A DNA stretch of 64,000 bases. It comes from a virus. The position numbers were made by a program, and so were the translations under genes. The notes beneath the pieces are model-generated. The model made no database searches. It was not told where the DNA came from and saw only the letters and a program-made list of their open reading frames with translations. Positions 44,407 through 53,666 of the stretch are shown piece by piece; the stretch's first letter is position 1; every line of letters starts with the position of its first letter. The DNA lies in IMG/VR virus record IMGVR_UViG_3300037483_001670, positions 118,424 through 182,423 of that record; one strand, 5' to 3'.

Positions 44407-45882
44407 GTGGGTCTTCTGATGGCGGGCCGTCCCCCCGACGATGAGCGCCTGCCCGGCGAAACCGACGCGGCGTTTGCCCGTCGAATCGCCCAGAAAACGC
44501 GCAAAGCAATCAACTCGGCAGCTGCCTACGCCCGCAAGACGCAGGGCGGTCGTGCTGCCACGTCGAACGGCCAGAATCCGCACGCCGGTCAGAATGGCCA
44601 CAGCGGCCAGAATCGATCGACCGGTGAGAATCCAATTCTCACCGGTCAGAATACAAAATCGACCCCCAATTCTGATTCGAGTTCTATCCAGAAGCGTCCC
44701 AGTTCGCGTCCGCCTGACGGACCCAAGCGCAAGACGTTGTTTGGTCGCGAGGTCACCGAGAGGCCTGCACCACTTCGACGCGATATCCCGCTTGATCCGC
44801 CGGTCCTGACAGTCATCAACGGAGGTGTCCAATCGACGAGCACATCGGTCCCGCAAACCGTCGCAACAGCCCAGCCGCCGGACGGCCAAAAACCACCCCC
44901 AATTCTGTCCGGCATTCTCACCGGAATTATGACCGCTGAGGCCAGTGGGGGGGTGGGGGTCCCCCCTTTAGGGGGGGGGGACCCCACCCCACTGGCTACC
45001 GACGGTGAGAATCAGAATCAAGACACCCAAACACGTGAAATCATACCAGAACGTATTCTCACCGCTTCATCCACCGGTGAGAATCCAAAGGCCGGTGAGA
45101 ATGCACCCGACACCGCCCTCGAAGCGCTACTACGTGACATGCGGTCGCTGGTCACAGAGACCAGATACCGATTCGAGCAAGCGGTCAGGCTCGACATCCA
45201 GATCCTGGAAAGGCTCGATCGTCAGGAGCGGCTTTTAACGAAGGAGCCTGAGCCCCCTCCGCCGCCCCTCTTTTCGGCGGAGCCGGGGTATGTTGCGGCG
45301 AGCGATGAGCTTGTTGCGGCCGAAAAAGCGAAGGATGTGCTGCTTCTGGCCGCCGGATCGACCGCCGATGGGCTCGCGCCGCTGAATGTTCCGGCGCTCG
45401 AACGAGCGGATGAGCGTCTGGTGGCTGCGACAGAGAAGCTTCGAGCAGCCGGTGAGGCCGTGCGCGAGAAAAAACGCGGCGGATCGATCGCGCGGGCCGT
45501 CGCGCTCTACGAACCGGGCGCGGATCAGGCTCTTTTGGAAGTGTTGGAGCGCGGATTTCGTTTCGAACTGCAACGGATGGTGCCGCGCGAGCAGTGGAAG
45601 AACTTGCTGGCGGTGGATGATCGGCAGCGCGTTGCCTTGCACGAGCTCTACCTCCAGGCGGTGAGCGTGGCGCGCAGCAACCAGGAGCGTGGGTTCGCGA
45701 TTTACATGAAGTGGTGCGAGGCGTGCGCGAAGGATGCGACGACCGATCACTTCGAAAAAAGCGCGCGCCACATGTTGCTCTCCCCTGATCTTTGCTCGTC
45801 GAGCGTAGAGCTCGGCCCCGAGGATACGTGGTGGACACCCGAGAAGGTCCGCACAGCGTGGCGTAAGCAGATCGAAACGTAG
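44407..45882 (+). CDS. putative replication initiator
   Basis: directly upstream of DnaB; low-complexity middle carrying iteron-like repeats. Confidence 0.5.
   Translation: MGLLMAGRPPDDERLPGETDAAFARRIAQKTRKAINSAAAYARKTQGGRAATSNGQNPHAGQNGHSGQNRSTGENPILTGQNTKSTPNSDSSSIQKRPSSRPPDGPKRKTLFGREVTERPAPLRRDIPLDPPVLTVINGGVQSTSTSVPQTVATAQPPDGQKPPPILSGILTGIMTAEASGGVGVPPLGGGDPTPLATDGENQNQDTQTREIIPERILTASSTGENPKAGENAPDTALEALLRDMRSLVTETRYRFEQAVRLDIQILERLDRQERLLTKEPEPPPPPLFSAEPGYVAASDELVAAEKAKDVLLLAAGSTADGLAPLNVPALERADERLVAATEKLRAAGEAVREKKRGGSIARAVALYEPGADQALLEVLERGFRFELQRMVPREQWKNLLAVDDRQRVALHELYLQAVSVARSNQERGFAIYMKWCEACAKDATTDHFEKSARHMLLSPDLCSSSVELGPEDTWWTPEKVRTAWRKQIET
44568..45102. repeat. 11 iteron-like repeats CCGGT(G/C)AGAAT in both orientations plus G/C-tract inverted repeat; putative origin
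   Basis: copies at 44568, 44585, 44604, 44621, 44635r, 44642, 44914r, 45002, 45055r, 45074, 45092; inverted repeat about 44941-44996. Confidence 0.65.
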
Positions 45883-45896
45883 AAAGGGCGTTCGAG

Positions 45897-47381
45897 GTGA
45901 CGGACGAAGCACAAATCGTCGTAAAATATCGTTGCCTCCGCGATCTCGTTTTTGCGGCCGACAGCGGCGTCGACGTCGACGGATCGCTCATCAACCGGGT
46001 GCGCTGGGAAGAGGAGCTTTGCCGGCAGGCGATGGAGACTCCCCACGCGGTCGTCTCCCAGAAGATCCCGTCGGCGTATTTCGAAGTGCACGACTACCGG
46101 CTCATGTGGCGGGCGCTCCAGAACCTCCTGCCGTTCGTGCCGGTGGGCTTGCCGGTACCGCGAGGTCTCCTCCTTGCGAAGCTCGGCGAGGAGGAGCCGA
46201 AGTATTTCCGCGGCCACGCGGGCATGACGTGGCTCGACTACATCATGGACCAGGCCGCGTGCGGCCTACGGTTCGCGCTCGAACACCTCGCGCCGGTGTT
46301 GCATGCCCGGCACGACATGAAGCACTGGAAGTCGCGCAACCACGAGTTCATCGAGCTGCTCGACAAGACGACCGACCCGATCCTCCTGCACACCGAGTGG
46401 CGGAGCGAGGCGTACAACATGTCGCTCGCCCACGACGGCGGCGCGGTCGGCAAGACGGTGAACCAGCTCATCCGCGGCTGGGACGCAGCGGACAAGGACA
46501 ACCGCAACATCATTCGCACCGGGCTCGAGCACATCGACAAGTACAACGCCGGCGGCCACGGACGCGGGGAGCTGATGGTGATCGGCGGCGGGACCGGACA
46601 CGGCAAGTCGTTCTGCGCGCAGCGGATCATGCGTGCGCAGGCAGCGATGAAGCAGCGCGCGCTCTACATCTCGGTGGAAGACGACGCCGACCTTTTCACG
46701 GCGCGGTTCATCGCCGACTATAGCAGCGAAACCACGACGGGGGCCGTTTCGCCGGCCGACATTCGGCAGAAGAAGGTGGACCCGGTCCACGTCGACGAGA
46801 TGAAGGCGATGGCGGACGACGAACAGGGCGACACGCTCTATTTCTTCCATGCGAAGAAATGGACGGCGTCGCGCATCTGCGACGTGATCCGCAGGCACCG
46901 CTACCTCTGCGGGGTCGATCTGGTCATCGTCGACTACCTCCAGGCGATCTCGCCCGATGAGGTGACGAACCAAAAAGCGAACGACACGGCCATCATCGTC
47001 AGCCAGCTGAAGGCGTGCTGCGGTGATTGCGAAGTCGCGCTCATTTTGCTGTCGCAGTACGCCCGTGACGAGTACCGCGGCGGGATCGAGCCGACGATCA
47101 CGAGCTGTAAATGGAGTGGGGACATCGAGAACGAGTCGGAGGTCATGCTGCTTTTGTGGCGGGACGAAGCGGACGTGCTGCACGCGAAGATCGCCAAGCT
47201 CAAGTGGGCGAAGTCGGCGGGACGGCGCTTCATCATTCCAACGAACGACATGACCGGGTGCATGATGGACTGGGAGGACGATTTTTCGCAGCCGCAGCAG
47301 CAACAACAGAAGGGCGATCGGCGCGACCGGCGCGGACGCAACGGGAAGAGCCGCGCCAGCGGCGAAATGGGCGAAATATGA
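45897..47381 (+). CDS. dnaB: DnaB-like replicative helicase
   Basis: Walker A GGTGHGKS, LYISVED, LVIVDYLQ, LLSQ, SGDIENESEVMLLLWR. Confidence 0.9.
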   Translation: MTDEAQIVVKYRCLRDLVFAADSGVDVDGSLINRVRWEEELCRQAMETPHAVVSQKIPSAYFEVHDYRLMWRALQNLLPFVPVGLPVPRGLLLAKLGEEEPKYFRGHAGMTWLDYIMDQAACGLRFALEHLAPVLHARHDMKHWKSRNHEFIELLDKTTDPILLHTEWRSEAYNMSLAHDGGAVGKTVNQLIRGWDAADKDNRNIIRTGLEHIDKYNAGGHGRGELMVIGGGTGHGKSFCAQRIMRAQAAMKQRALYISVEDDADLFTARFIADYSSETTTGAVSPADIRQKKVDPVHVDEMKAMADDEQGDTLYFFHAKKWTASRICDVIRRHRYLCGVDLVIVDYLQAISPDEVTNQKANDTAIIVSQLKACCGDCEVALILLSQYARDEYRGGIEPTITSCKWSGDIENESEVMLLLWRDEADVLHAKIAKLKWAKSAGRRFIIPTNDMTGCMMDWEDDFSQPQQQQQKGDRRDRRGRNGKSRASGEMGEI

Positions 47382-48505
47382 ACGCGCGCAAGACGCTCAC
47401 CGTGCGCGAGGTCGGCCAAATGTTCGGGCTCGATCTCCCTGAGCCTGGTACCGGGAAACGATCGCGATCGAAGTGCCCGTTCCGCAAACACAAGCGCCGC
47501 GACCCAACGTTCCGCGTCTTTCCTGCGCGCGCCGATTCTAAATGTCTTTGGAAATGTTGGTCTTGCGATCCACCCGACAACGTCGGCGACGCGGTGACGC
47601 TCTACGCGCGGCTCGCGAGCATTGACCGCAAGACGGCGTGGAAGAAGCTGCTCGGCGACGGGTACGCGGTGCCGGGCGCGAGGGACGACTACGAGGGGCG
47701 GGGCGAGGGGGGCGGTCCGACGAAGGCCGAGCTCGAGCGGCGGGCGTACGAGAAGGAACAGCGCGACACGATCCACACGATTCCGGTGACGGGTGTCCGA
47801 CCGGAGAAAATCCTTCCCCTTCCGCGCGAGCGCTGGGAGCGCTGGGCGGCGCGTCACACTGGGGGCGTCGAGAAGTTTGCGGCGAAACGTGGCATGAGCG
47901 CCGAGTTTTTGCGCGAACACGGCGTGATCGACATGGGCGGGCCGTTCGTCGGCTTCACGTACTTTGACCCAACGAACGGTCAGCCCTGCCGGGTCAAGGT
48001 GCGTGGCATCGAGGAAAAACGCTTTTGGGTCGAGCCGCGCCCGCCCGAGGGTGACGACAGCGGCGCTCGAGCGAACGACGTCCTCTACCTGGCGCACGAG
48101 CTCCTGCGCACCACCCGTCGCGAGCCGATCATTTTGACCGAAGGGGAGCCGGACGCGCTCGCTATCCGGTCGACGGGGCTCATGAACGTGCTCTCTTTGC
48201 CGGACGGCAACGAGTCGGCGAAGACGGCGGATCTGTCGCCGATCCACGGGCGCTACACGACGTGGTTCGTGGCGATGGACAACGACAAGCCGGGCGACGA
48301 CGCGGCCGAGGTGCTGCGGGCGCGCAGCTGGGGCATGACGGTTCTACGGGTCAAGTGGTGTCGGATCGTGGCCGGCGAGCTCGAGTACTACAAGGACGCG
48401 AACGCGGCGCTGCTCGCCGGGTTCCAGCGCGAGGACTTCATTCGCTGCCTGGAGATGGCGGCGAAGGACAGGTTTGTGCAGGTCGAATGGCGGGTGGCGA
48501 GCTAG
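47378..48505 (+). CDS. DNA primase (Zn finger + TOPRIM)
   Basis: CPFRKH...WKCWSC; ILTEGEPDAL; AMDNDKPG. Confidence 0.9.
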   Translation: MNARKTLTVREVGQMFGLDLPEPGTGKRSRSKCPFRKHKRRDPTFRVFPARADSKCLWKCWSCDPPDNVGDAVTLYARLASIDRKTAWKKLLGDGYAVPGARDDYEGRGEGGGPTKAELERRAYEKEQRDTIHTIPVTGVRPEKILPLPRERWERWAARHTGGVEKFAAKRGMSAEFLREHGVIDMGGPFVGFTYFDPTNGQPCRVKVRGIEEKRFWVEPRPPEGDDSGARANDVLYLAHELLRTTRREPIILTEGEPDALAIRSTGLMNVLSLPDGNESAKTADLSPIHGRYTTWFVAMDNDKPGDDAAEVLRARSWGMTVLRVKWCRIVAGELEYYKDANAALLAGFQREDFIRCLEMAAKDRFVQVEWRVAS

Positions 48506-49283
48506 GTAGGTTCACAATGAAGGTCGGCTCGAGCACGCGGAGCGCGCGGTGCATCATGCGCGAGCCGAGGATGCTTTCGAGATCGGTCTCATCGAGCGTC
48601 CGCTTGGCAAGCGCTCGATCGACGATGGCGTGAAAGCGGTCGCCGTGCGCGGCGATGATGAGGATGGCGGCATGGTAGGCCTGACGCAGTATTTCGACCT
48701 CGGTAGGCGACGGCGCGGGGTCGAACATGGCCCCGAAGGGGAGTGCTCGCGCAGGGGCGGACCAGGACCAGGGAGGCTTGGTGGCGCCGGCCGTCGCCAG
48801 GAGCCGGGCACGGTGCAGCGCCTTTTGTAGGTCGGCCGCGGCTTGGAGGGTGCGGACCTTGCGGTAGACGGTCACTTCGGCGGCGATGCCGCCAAGTGAG
48901 ATGGCCATTTCGCACCAATCGAGGGCCGTTGCCGCGTCGGTCAGATACAGCATCGAGTAGGCAACGTGGCCCTCAGCGTTGAGATCGACATTGACGTCGA
49001 TCGTGAGCTTGCTGATCTCCCGGACGCCTGTGCAGCACCACGCGACGAGCGCGTGGCCGGTTTCGTGGACGGCGGTGCGAAGCCTCAGTGCGTCGGAACG
49101 TGGCGGCGGAGGCGGTGGGTCCGTCGCTAGAGACGGCGTCGGTGCGGGCGCGGGCTCCCGTCCGTACCTCCGGCGCAGCAGCAGAAGAACGACGGCGATG
49201 GGCGCAGTCACGACCAAGGCGCCGTACCGGTACATGAAAACGCACCCGAGAATGCAAACGAGAACGAATCGGGTCGTTGTCAC
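48438..49283 (-). CDS. membrane-anchored peptidase M41 (FtsH protease domain, no AAA)
   Basis: TAVHETGHAL, ISLGGIAAE, AADLQKA; N-terminal TMs. Confidence 0.8.
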   Translation of the reverse strand: MTTTRFVLVCILGCVFMYRYGALVVTAPIAVVLLLLRRRYGREPAPAPTPSLATDPPPPPPRSDALRLRTAVHETGHALVAWCCTGVREISKLTIDVNVDLNAEGHVAYSMLYLTDAATALDWCEMAISLGGIAAEVTVYRKVRTLQAAADLQKALHRARLLATAGATKPPWSWSAPARALPFGAMFDPAPSPTEVEILRQAYHAAILIIAAHGDRFHAIVDRALAKRTLDETDLESILGSRMMHRALRVLEPTFIVNLPSSPPAIRPAQTCPSPPSPGSE

Positions 49284-49822
49284 AGTAATTTTCTTGCTCG
49301 ATCGAGCAGGTTTCGGATGCGCTGCGATTCATTGGGATCGTGAAGCCCCGTCGGCGCTGGGCCTATCAACGAAGAATGCAGCTCTTGCGTCATGTCCCGC
49401 ACGAGGGTTTCGAGGTGTCGCAGGCGATCCACGGTTTCGACGCCGAGCGACAGCGACCCGAAGACACGAGCCGCCTCACGCAGAGCACCGAGCTTGATCT
49501 TGCGATTCCGATCGGGCCGCTGTGGATCCACGAACACCGGCACATCGATTTCGCCGAGCGCGTCCATCTTGCGGCTGTAGGCGCGAGCGAACGGCTCGAG
49601 CGCTGCCCGCGCCGCGGCGAGCTCGGCGCGGGTGGCTGTCAACGTGCTGAGCACGTTCACGGGAGAGTCCGGATCGGCCAGCATGACGTCAGGAGCGTCG
49701 TCGGCCTGGTCGAGCACGCCCGATAGACGCGCCATCTCTTGCTGAATCAGGCCCTCGACGTGGCCGAGGGAGGTGAGGGCTTGTAGGGCGGCCCCTTTGA
49801 ACGCGCGCGCGTCGTCAGTCAT
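49280..49822 (-). CDS. hypothetical protein
   Basis: coupled ORF. Confidence 0.65.
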   Translation of the reverse strand: MTDDARAFKGAALQALTSLGHVEGLIQQEMARLSGVLDQADDAPDVMLADPDSPVNVLSTLTATRAELAAARAALEPFARAYSRKMDALGEIDVPVFVDPQRPDRNRKIKLGALREAARVFGSLSLGVETVDRLRHLETLVRDMTQELHSSLIGPAPTGLHDPNESQRIRNLLDRARKLL

Positions 49823-50130
49823 TGCGACGAAACTGTCGAGATTTCGCCGTCGACGGTAACAGCGAGCGTCTTCTGTTCGTACTCGAAAAAGTCGAACGAA
49901 GTCTCGTCGAAGTTATGTTTTTTACGAGCTCGATCGTAGTAGGTAAATGGGAGCTCCGATATGTTGGACACCAAAAGCAGGCCAAGGCCGTCGTGCGCGA
50001 CGAGCGCCCACGCGTGCACGACAAGATACGTTTTTGCGCTTAGCTCGTAGTCGTCGATTTTTCGAGTGGCGCGAAAGATGGCATAGGTGTCGCGACAAGC
50101 AGGAATGATTTGATCGATTGAACGGTCCAT
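49819..50130 (-). CDS. hypothetical protein, lower GC
   Basis: coupled ORF, GGAG RBS. Confidence 0.6.
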   Translation of the reverse strand: MDRSIDQIIPACRDTYAIFRATRKIDDYELSAKTYLVVHAWALVAHDGLGLLLVSNISELPFTYYDRARKKHNFDETSFDFFEYEQKTLAVTVDGEISTVSSQ

Positions 50131-50145
50131 CGTGGTGGTCTCCTT

Positions 50146-50436
50146 CTAAAGTTTCACGAATCTTCGATCGCAAAGGACGTGGAGCCATTCAAGATGAAGG
50201 CTTTCGGGGTGGTCGTAGTACTCGAGACCGCACGCCTCGCAGACGCACGTGCCGCTCGCGCGGCGAAGAAGGGTGTCGTCGGTGAAGCTCTCCGGGGGTT
50301 CGATGGCGGCGACGAGAATGAAATGGGCGACGAGCGTTTCGACCTCTGCATCGGTGAACGATCGACCGAGGCTCCGCCAGCGGTTTTGGATGCGCCGCGT
50401 GTAGCGGCCAGGCGAAGGGGGAAGCGTCGAAGTCAC
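50146..50436 (-). CDS. small Zn-finger protein
   Basis: CVCEACGLEYYDHP...LHVLCD. Confidence 0.6.
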   Translation of the reverse strand: MTSTLPPSPGRYTRRIQNRWRSLGRSFTDAEVETLVAHFILVAAIEPPESFTDDTLLRRASGTCVCEACGLEYYDHPESLHLEWLHVLCDRRFVKL

Positions 50437-50639
50437 GAGTCTCGCGCCCCACGAAGGCGTTTCGCGTGGCTCGGCGCGATCGGCTCCCAGCCCGCCAGGA
50501 TGCGCACGACGTTCATCCAGCTCATGTTGCTGAGACGTTCCTGCGCTTGACGTTGTGCGCGCGCTTTGCCCCGTTCAGAGTGGCGCTTCCGTCTGCGGCT
50601 CTCCCGCAGCTTGTTCGGGTCACGCGTCAGCCCGCCCAT
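50433..50639 (-). CDS. small basic protein
   Basis: coupled ORF. Confidence 0.4.
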   Translation of the reverse strand: MGGLTRDPNKLRESRRRKRHSERGKARAQRQAQERLSNMSWMNVVRILAGWEPIAPSHAKRLRGARDS

Positions 50640-51250
50640 GGGTGGCCCTTGTGCATCTTGTAGCCGGTCGATGACAACGCCAAGAGGATGGGCCAACCGA
50701 GCAAGAGGGCGCCCCAGCCGATGCTCACCACGCCGCCCTCCAACATGGCACTCAACGGACGAGCTGGCGCAGGGTCGCTGAGCGCCGCCTCGAGCGTACC
50801 GAGTGCCGCGCGGAGCGCACTCGATTTCTTTTTCTCGCGCCGGCTACGCTGGAGAACGCGCACCGCGAGACCGACGTACCTGCGGAGATCTTGCACGTGG
50901 CGGTGAAAGCTCATGACGGTCTCTCGTTCGAGCTCGAGCTGCTTGCGGAGCTGCGAGGTGACCGCTTCGCTCAATGCGTTCTTCTTCGCTTGTTCCGTGT
51001 GGAAGGTCTCGCTGAAGACCTCGATCTGATCGAGGATGAGGCCGTTCACGATGTGGTGGAGCTCGCTCCGCGCGACGACGGCTTGACCTTTCTGCCGTGC
51101 GTACACGTTGACCCACGGGTCGAGTTTTTCGATGACCGTACGCGCGACGTCTCTAATGGTTTGCTCGGGCACCTTTCGCGGAGCGGGCGGCCTTGGCGGA
51201 GGGATCGGCGGGGGAATCGGGGACTGGTCCTGGAGCGACGGTTCCTGCAT
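50627..51250 (-). CDS. coiled-coil protein with C-terminal TM
   Basis: GGAG RBS; GWGALLLGWPILLAL. Confidence 0.65.
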   Translation of the reverse strand: MQEPSLQDQSPIPPPIPPPRPPAPRKVPEQTIRDVARTVIEKLDPWVNVYARQKGQAVVARSELHHIVNGLILDQIEVFSETFHTEQAKKNALSEAVTSQLRKQLELERETVMSFHRHVQDLRRYVGLAVRVLQRSRREKKKSSALRAALGTLEAALSDPAPARPLSAMLEGGVVSIGWGALLLGWPILLALSSTGYKMHKGHPWAG

Positions 51251-51479
51251 CGGGGCTCTCCTTCGGTTTGCGTGGACGTTTCGGCACCGGAATCTCATGG
51301 AGGGTGTCCATGTCCGCCGGGTGCACATTCCAACTCTTCGCCCCCGCGATGCGGCCGCTTCGTCGAAAGACGCGGTACCATCCCGCCGTCGGCCAATAAA
51401 CCTGGATGTAGTAACCTGCGATGCCGACGTCGACGGACTTCACTTCGCCGTTGCGGTGGACGATACGGAGTGTCGGCAC
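51153..51479 (-). CDS. hypothetical protein
   Basis: 108 aa, overlaps next gene. Confidence 0.45.
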   Translation of the reverse strand: MPTLRIVHRNGEVKSVDVGIAGYYIQVYWPTAGWYRVFRRSGRIAGAKSWNVHPADMDTLHEIPVPKRPRKPKESPDAGTVAPGPVPDSPADPSAKAARSAKGARANH

Positions 51480-51482
51480 GGG

Positions 51483-51641
51483 CTACTCGTCGCGGGTCCG
51501 GATCGTGATCTCGAGAATCTTGCCGCGGAACAGTTCGAGGCCGAGGAGCAGCGAGCGGACCGTCGGCGGAAGACTTTCGGGCACGAGCTTCTTCGCCCAA
51601 TCGATGACGGCGTCGGCGCCGATGACGATCTTTTTTTCCAT
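51483..51641 (-). CDS. small hypothetical protein
   Basis: hand translation MEKKIVIGADAVIDWAKK..., TGATG coupling, GGAGG RBS. Confidence 0.5.
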   Translation of the reverse strand: MEKKIVIGADAVIDWAKKLVPESLPPTVRSLLLGLELFRGKILEITIRTRDE

Positions 51642-51850
51642 CAGGTCGTCTTCCTCCGTCGTGCTGGTCGCTTGCCCGCGAGAAACGCCTCGATCGCGGC
51701 GTGCGAAATCCTGAGCTCACGTCGCTTCACGCCGCGCCCCACTTCGGCGGCAGCTAGCCGGCCGTCGTCGACCAAGGTGCGCAGGGTCCGAGGATCGATC
51801 TTCAGGAGTTTGGCGGCTTCCTTGACGCGTAGGGCGGGACGGCTGTCCAT
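51641..51850 (-). CDS. excisionase/MerR-like HTH DNA-binding protein
   Basis: LRVKEAAKLLKIDPRTLRTLVDDGRLAA...RISHAAIEAFL. Confidence 0.85.
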   Translation of the reverse strand: MDSRPALRVKEAAKLLKIDPRTLRTLVDDGRLAAAEVGRGVKRRELRISHAAIEAFLAGKRPARRRKTT

Positions 51851-51879
51851 GTCATGTCATGTACCATCATGTTGTTTCG

Positions 51880-51899
51880 CACGTCAACATGTTGACGTG
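51880..51899. promoter_or_regulatory. perfect 20-bp palindrome between divergent genes
   Basis: CACGTCAACATGTTGACGTG, gives TTGACG on both strands. Confidence 0.65.
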
Positions 51900-52006
51900 T
51901 CGAACGGCGCGCCGTACCGTCGGCTTCGATGGAGATCAGGCGACCGAAACGCAACCCTCTTGCGCGGATCATCATGTGACCGGTGGCGGGAACCAAGGTG
52001 CCACCC

Positions 52007-52573
52007 ATGTCGCTCGACGAGCGCGCGAAGCAGCTCGACCGCAACCGAACGTTGCGTGAAGCGGAGTCCGGTGCGCGAACGCGAGCCCGCCGGGCAGCGA
52101 GCGGTGACGAAAAGACCGAGACCGTGCGCCGGGCCATCGAAGAGCGACGCGTCGACAAGTTTCCGAGCTCGCCGGCCGATGCGGGAGACGAAAACGCCAT
52201 CGGATCCGGTGTGCCGCTCTCGACATCGTGGGTCGAAGAGCAGGTGAAACAGGCCTTTTCGAACGCAGGAGTACCGCCGACGACGGAGCCGCATTACATC
52301 GCGGTGCGGCTTCTTCAGTCGTACGATCACGAGTCCTGCATGGACGTGCGATCGTTCACGTCGGCCGAGGCGGACCCGAACCGCATCCTCGCGCACGTGG
52401 AGGGGCTCGGCGTGCGGATGCCTGCGGCGGTGGCAGGAACGATCGCGCGACGGGTCACCCTTGCCATCTTGAACCGCGACGCGCCGAAACCGAACGGCGA
52501 CGCCGAGACCGAGTTCTGCGCCGAGTGCGGCAAGACCGTTCTCCGCGGGGAAGCGTGCGGGTGCTCGACGTGA
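52007..52573 (+). CDS. hypothetical protein with C-terminal Zn ribbon
   Basis: FCAECG...ACGC. Confidence 0.65.
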   Translation: MSLDERAKQLDRNRTLREAESGARTRARRAASGDEKTETVRRAIEERRVDKFPSSPADAGDENAIGSGVPLSTSWVEEQVKQAFSNAGVPPTTEPHYIAVRLLQSYDHESCMDVRSFTSAEADPNRILAHVEGLGVRMPAAVAGTIARRVTLAILNRDAPKPNGDAETEFCAECGKTVLRGEACGCST

Positions 52574-53082
52574 CGCGGCGCCGGGTCGATCAGGACGAGT
52601 GGCGCATCCTCGTGTTGATCCCGCAGTGGAAGTTTCTGACTGTGGAGAGCCGCAAGCGCCTCCTTCGTCGGAAAGCGGACGTCGTCGAGGAGGCCGTTGT
52701 CCGTCAAAAGGTGGAGCGCAAGGTCATCGCCTACGCGCGTGTCAAACGGCAGCTGATGTTTTACACGGCAACCGGCGACTACGATCCGATGCCGGAAAGG
52801 ATCGTGCTCGAAGTGCTCGCTCCCGACTCGCGCGACCAGCAGGATCTTGATCGGCAGGTGCGGCTCGACGGTAAGCAGCTCGTCGTAGTACGCTGGAAAA
52901 ACAAGGCGCGACTTCTCTTTGCAAGCGACGTCGCGCGAGTGGACCGCGGCGAGTACCAGCGGTATTGGAGCGAGCATGGGACTACTGAGGAAAGTGGGTC
53001 TGGCGTTCAGGAAGGCGCTCACGGAGGTGGCGGCGGCGGAAGCGGCGGAGCGAACGGCTCCAGCTCCGGAGGCTTCGACTGA
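52570..53082 (+). CDS. hypothetical protein
   Basis: GTGA coupling. Confidence 0.55.
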   Translation: MTRRRVDQDEWRILVLIPQWKFLTVESRKRLLRRKADVVEEAVVRQKVERKVIAYARVKRQLMFYTATGDYDPMPERIVLEVLAPDSRDQQDLDRQVRLDGKQLVVVRWKNKARLLFASDVARVDRGEYQRYWSEHGTTEESGSGVQEGAHGGGGGGSGGANGSSSGGFD

Positions 53083-53566
53083 TGATGCCGAGCGAATGCT
53101 CGCTTCCATCACGATGGGCCTCCAGCAGGAGATCGAGTTCTACATGCGACGGTCGCAGGAGTACTTTGCGCTGATCGCGAAGATGGAAGCGCAGCGTGAA
53201 GAATGGCGCCTCCTCTACCGGAACGATTCGCTCGGGCATCAGAACGCGCAGACGCTCTTGCAGGAGGCGCTCGTCACCTCGCGGACGCAGCTCTACCGCG
53301 CCATCCAGATGATCAACGCGTTTCGAGCCGAGAAAAATCTCGCGCCGATCGCCGACGAAGTCACGCTCGAGCGCGAGCTCCGCGCGTTTCCGGTGGGCGT
53401 GGCGGAAGAGACGGCGAAGCGACTTGCCGTCGAAAATACCGCCGTCGCACCGCAGATCGACCCTGTCGCGGAGACCGCGAAGATCGACGCGGAGATCCCC
53501 GTGCCCGAGGGTGTCGTCGACGAATCGCACGCGCCGGCGCCCGAGACCGATCCCCAAACCTCTTGA
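52976..53566 (+). CDS. coiled-coil hypothetical protein
   Basis: helical composition. Confidence 0.65.
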   Translation: MGLLRKVGLAFRKALTEVAAAEAAERTAPAPEASTDDAERMLASITMGLQQEIEFYMRRSQEYFALIAKMEAQREEWRLLYRNDSLGHQNAQTLLQEALVTSRTQLYRAIQMINAFRAEKNLAPIADEVTLERELRAFPVGVAEETAKRLAVENTAVAPQIDPVAETAKIDAEIPVPEGVVDESHAPAPETDPQTS

Positions 53567-53590
53567 CGTTCGGCTCGGTTCACGTATCGT
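53563..53590 (+). promoter_or_regulatory. putative promoter TTGACG-16-TATCGT
   Basis: upstream of core/capsid operon. Confidence 0.55.
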
Positions 53591-53666
53591 GAAGGTTAGC
53601 AACGACGTCGGCTGACCCCTAGCAGTAGGTCCGACGTGCCGTGTGAGTTCGCACCGGTACGTCCAG

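Noticed and set aside
45897-47381. Genome packaging ATPase (A32/FtsK or terminase)
   Set aside because: The only Walker A protein in the window has DnaB motifs; the packaging ATPase, if any, must lie outside
51641-51850. Prophage integration module
   Set aside because: No integrase or att site found in the window
52570-53082. NusG-like antiterminator
   Set aside because: Only faint resemblance (VERKV); FPGY motif and KOW domain absent
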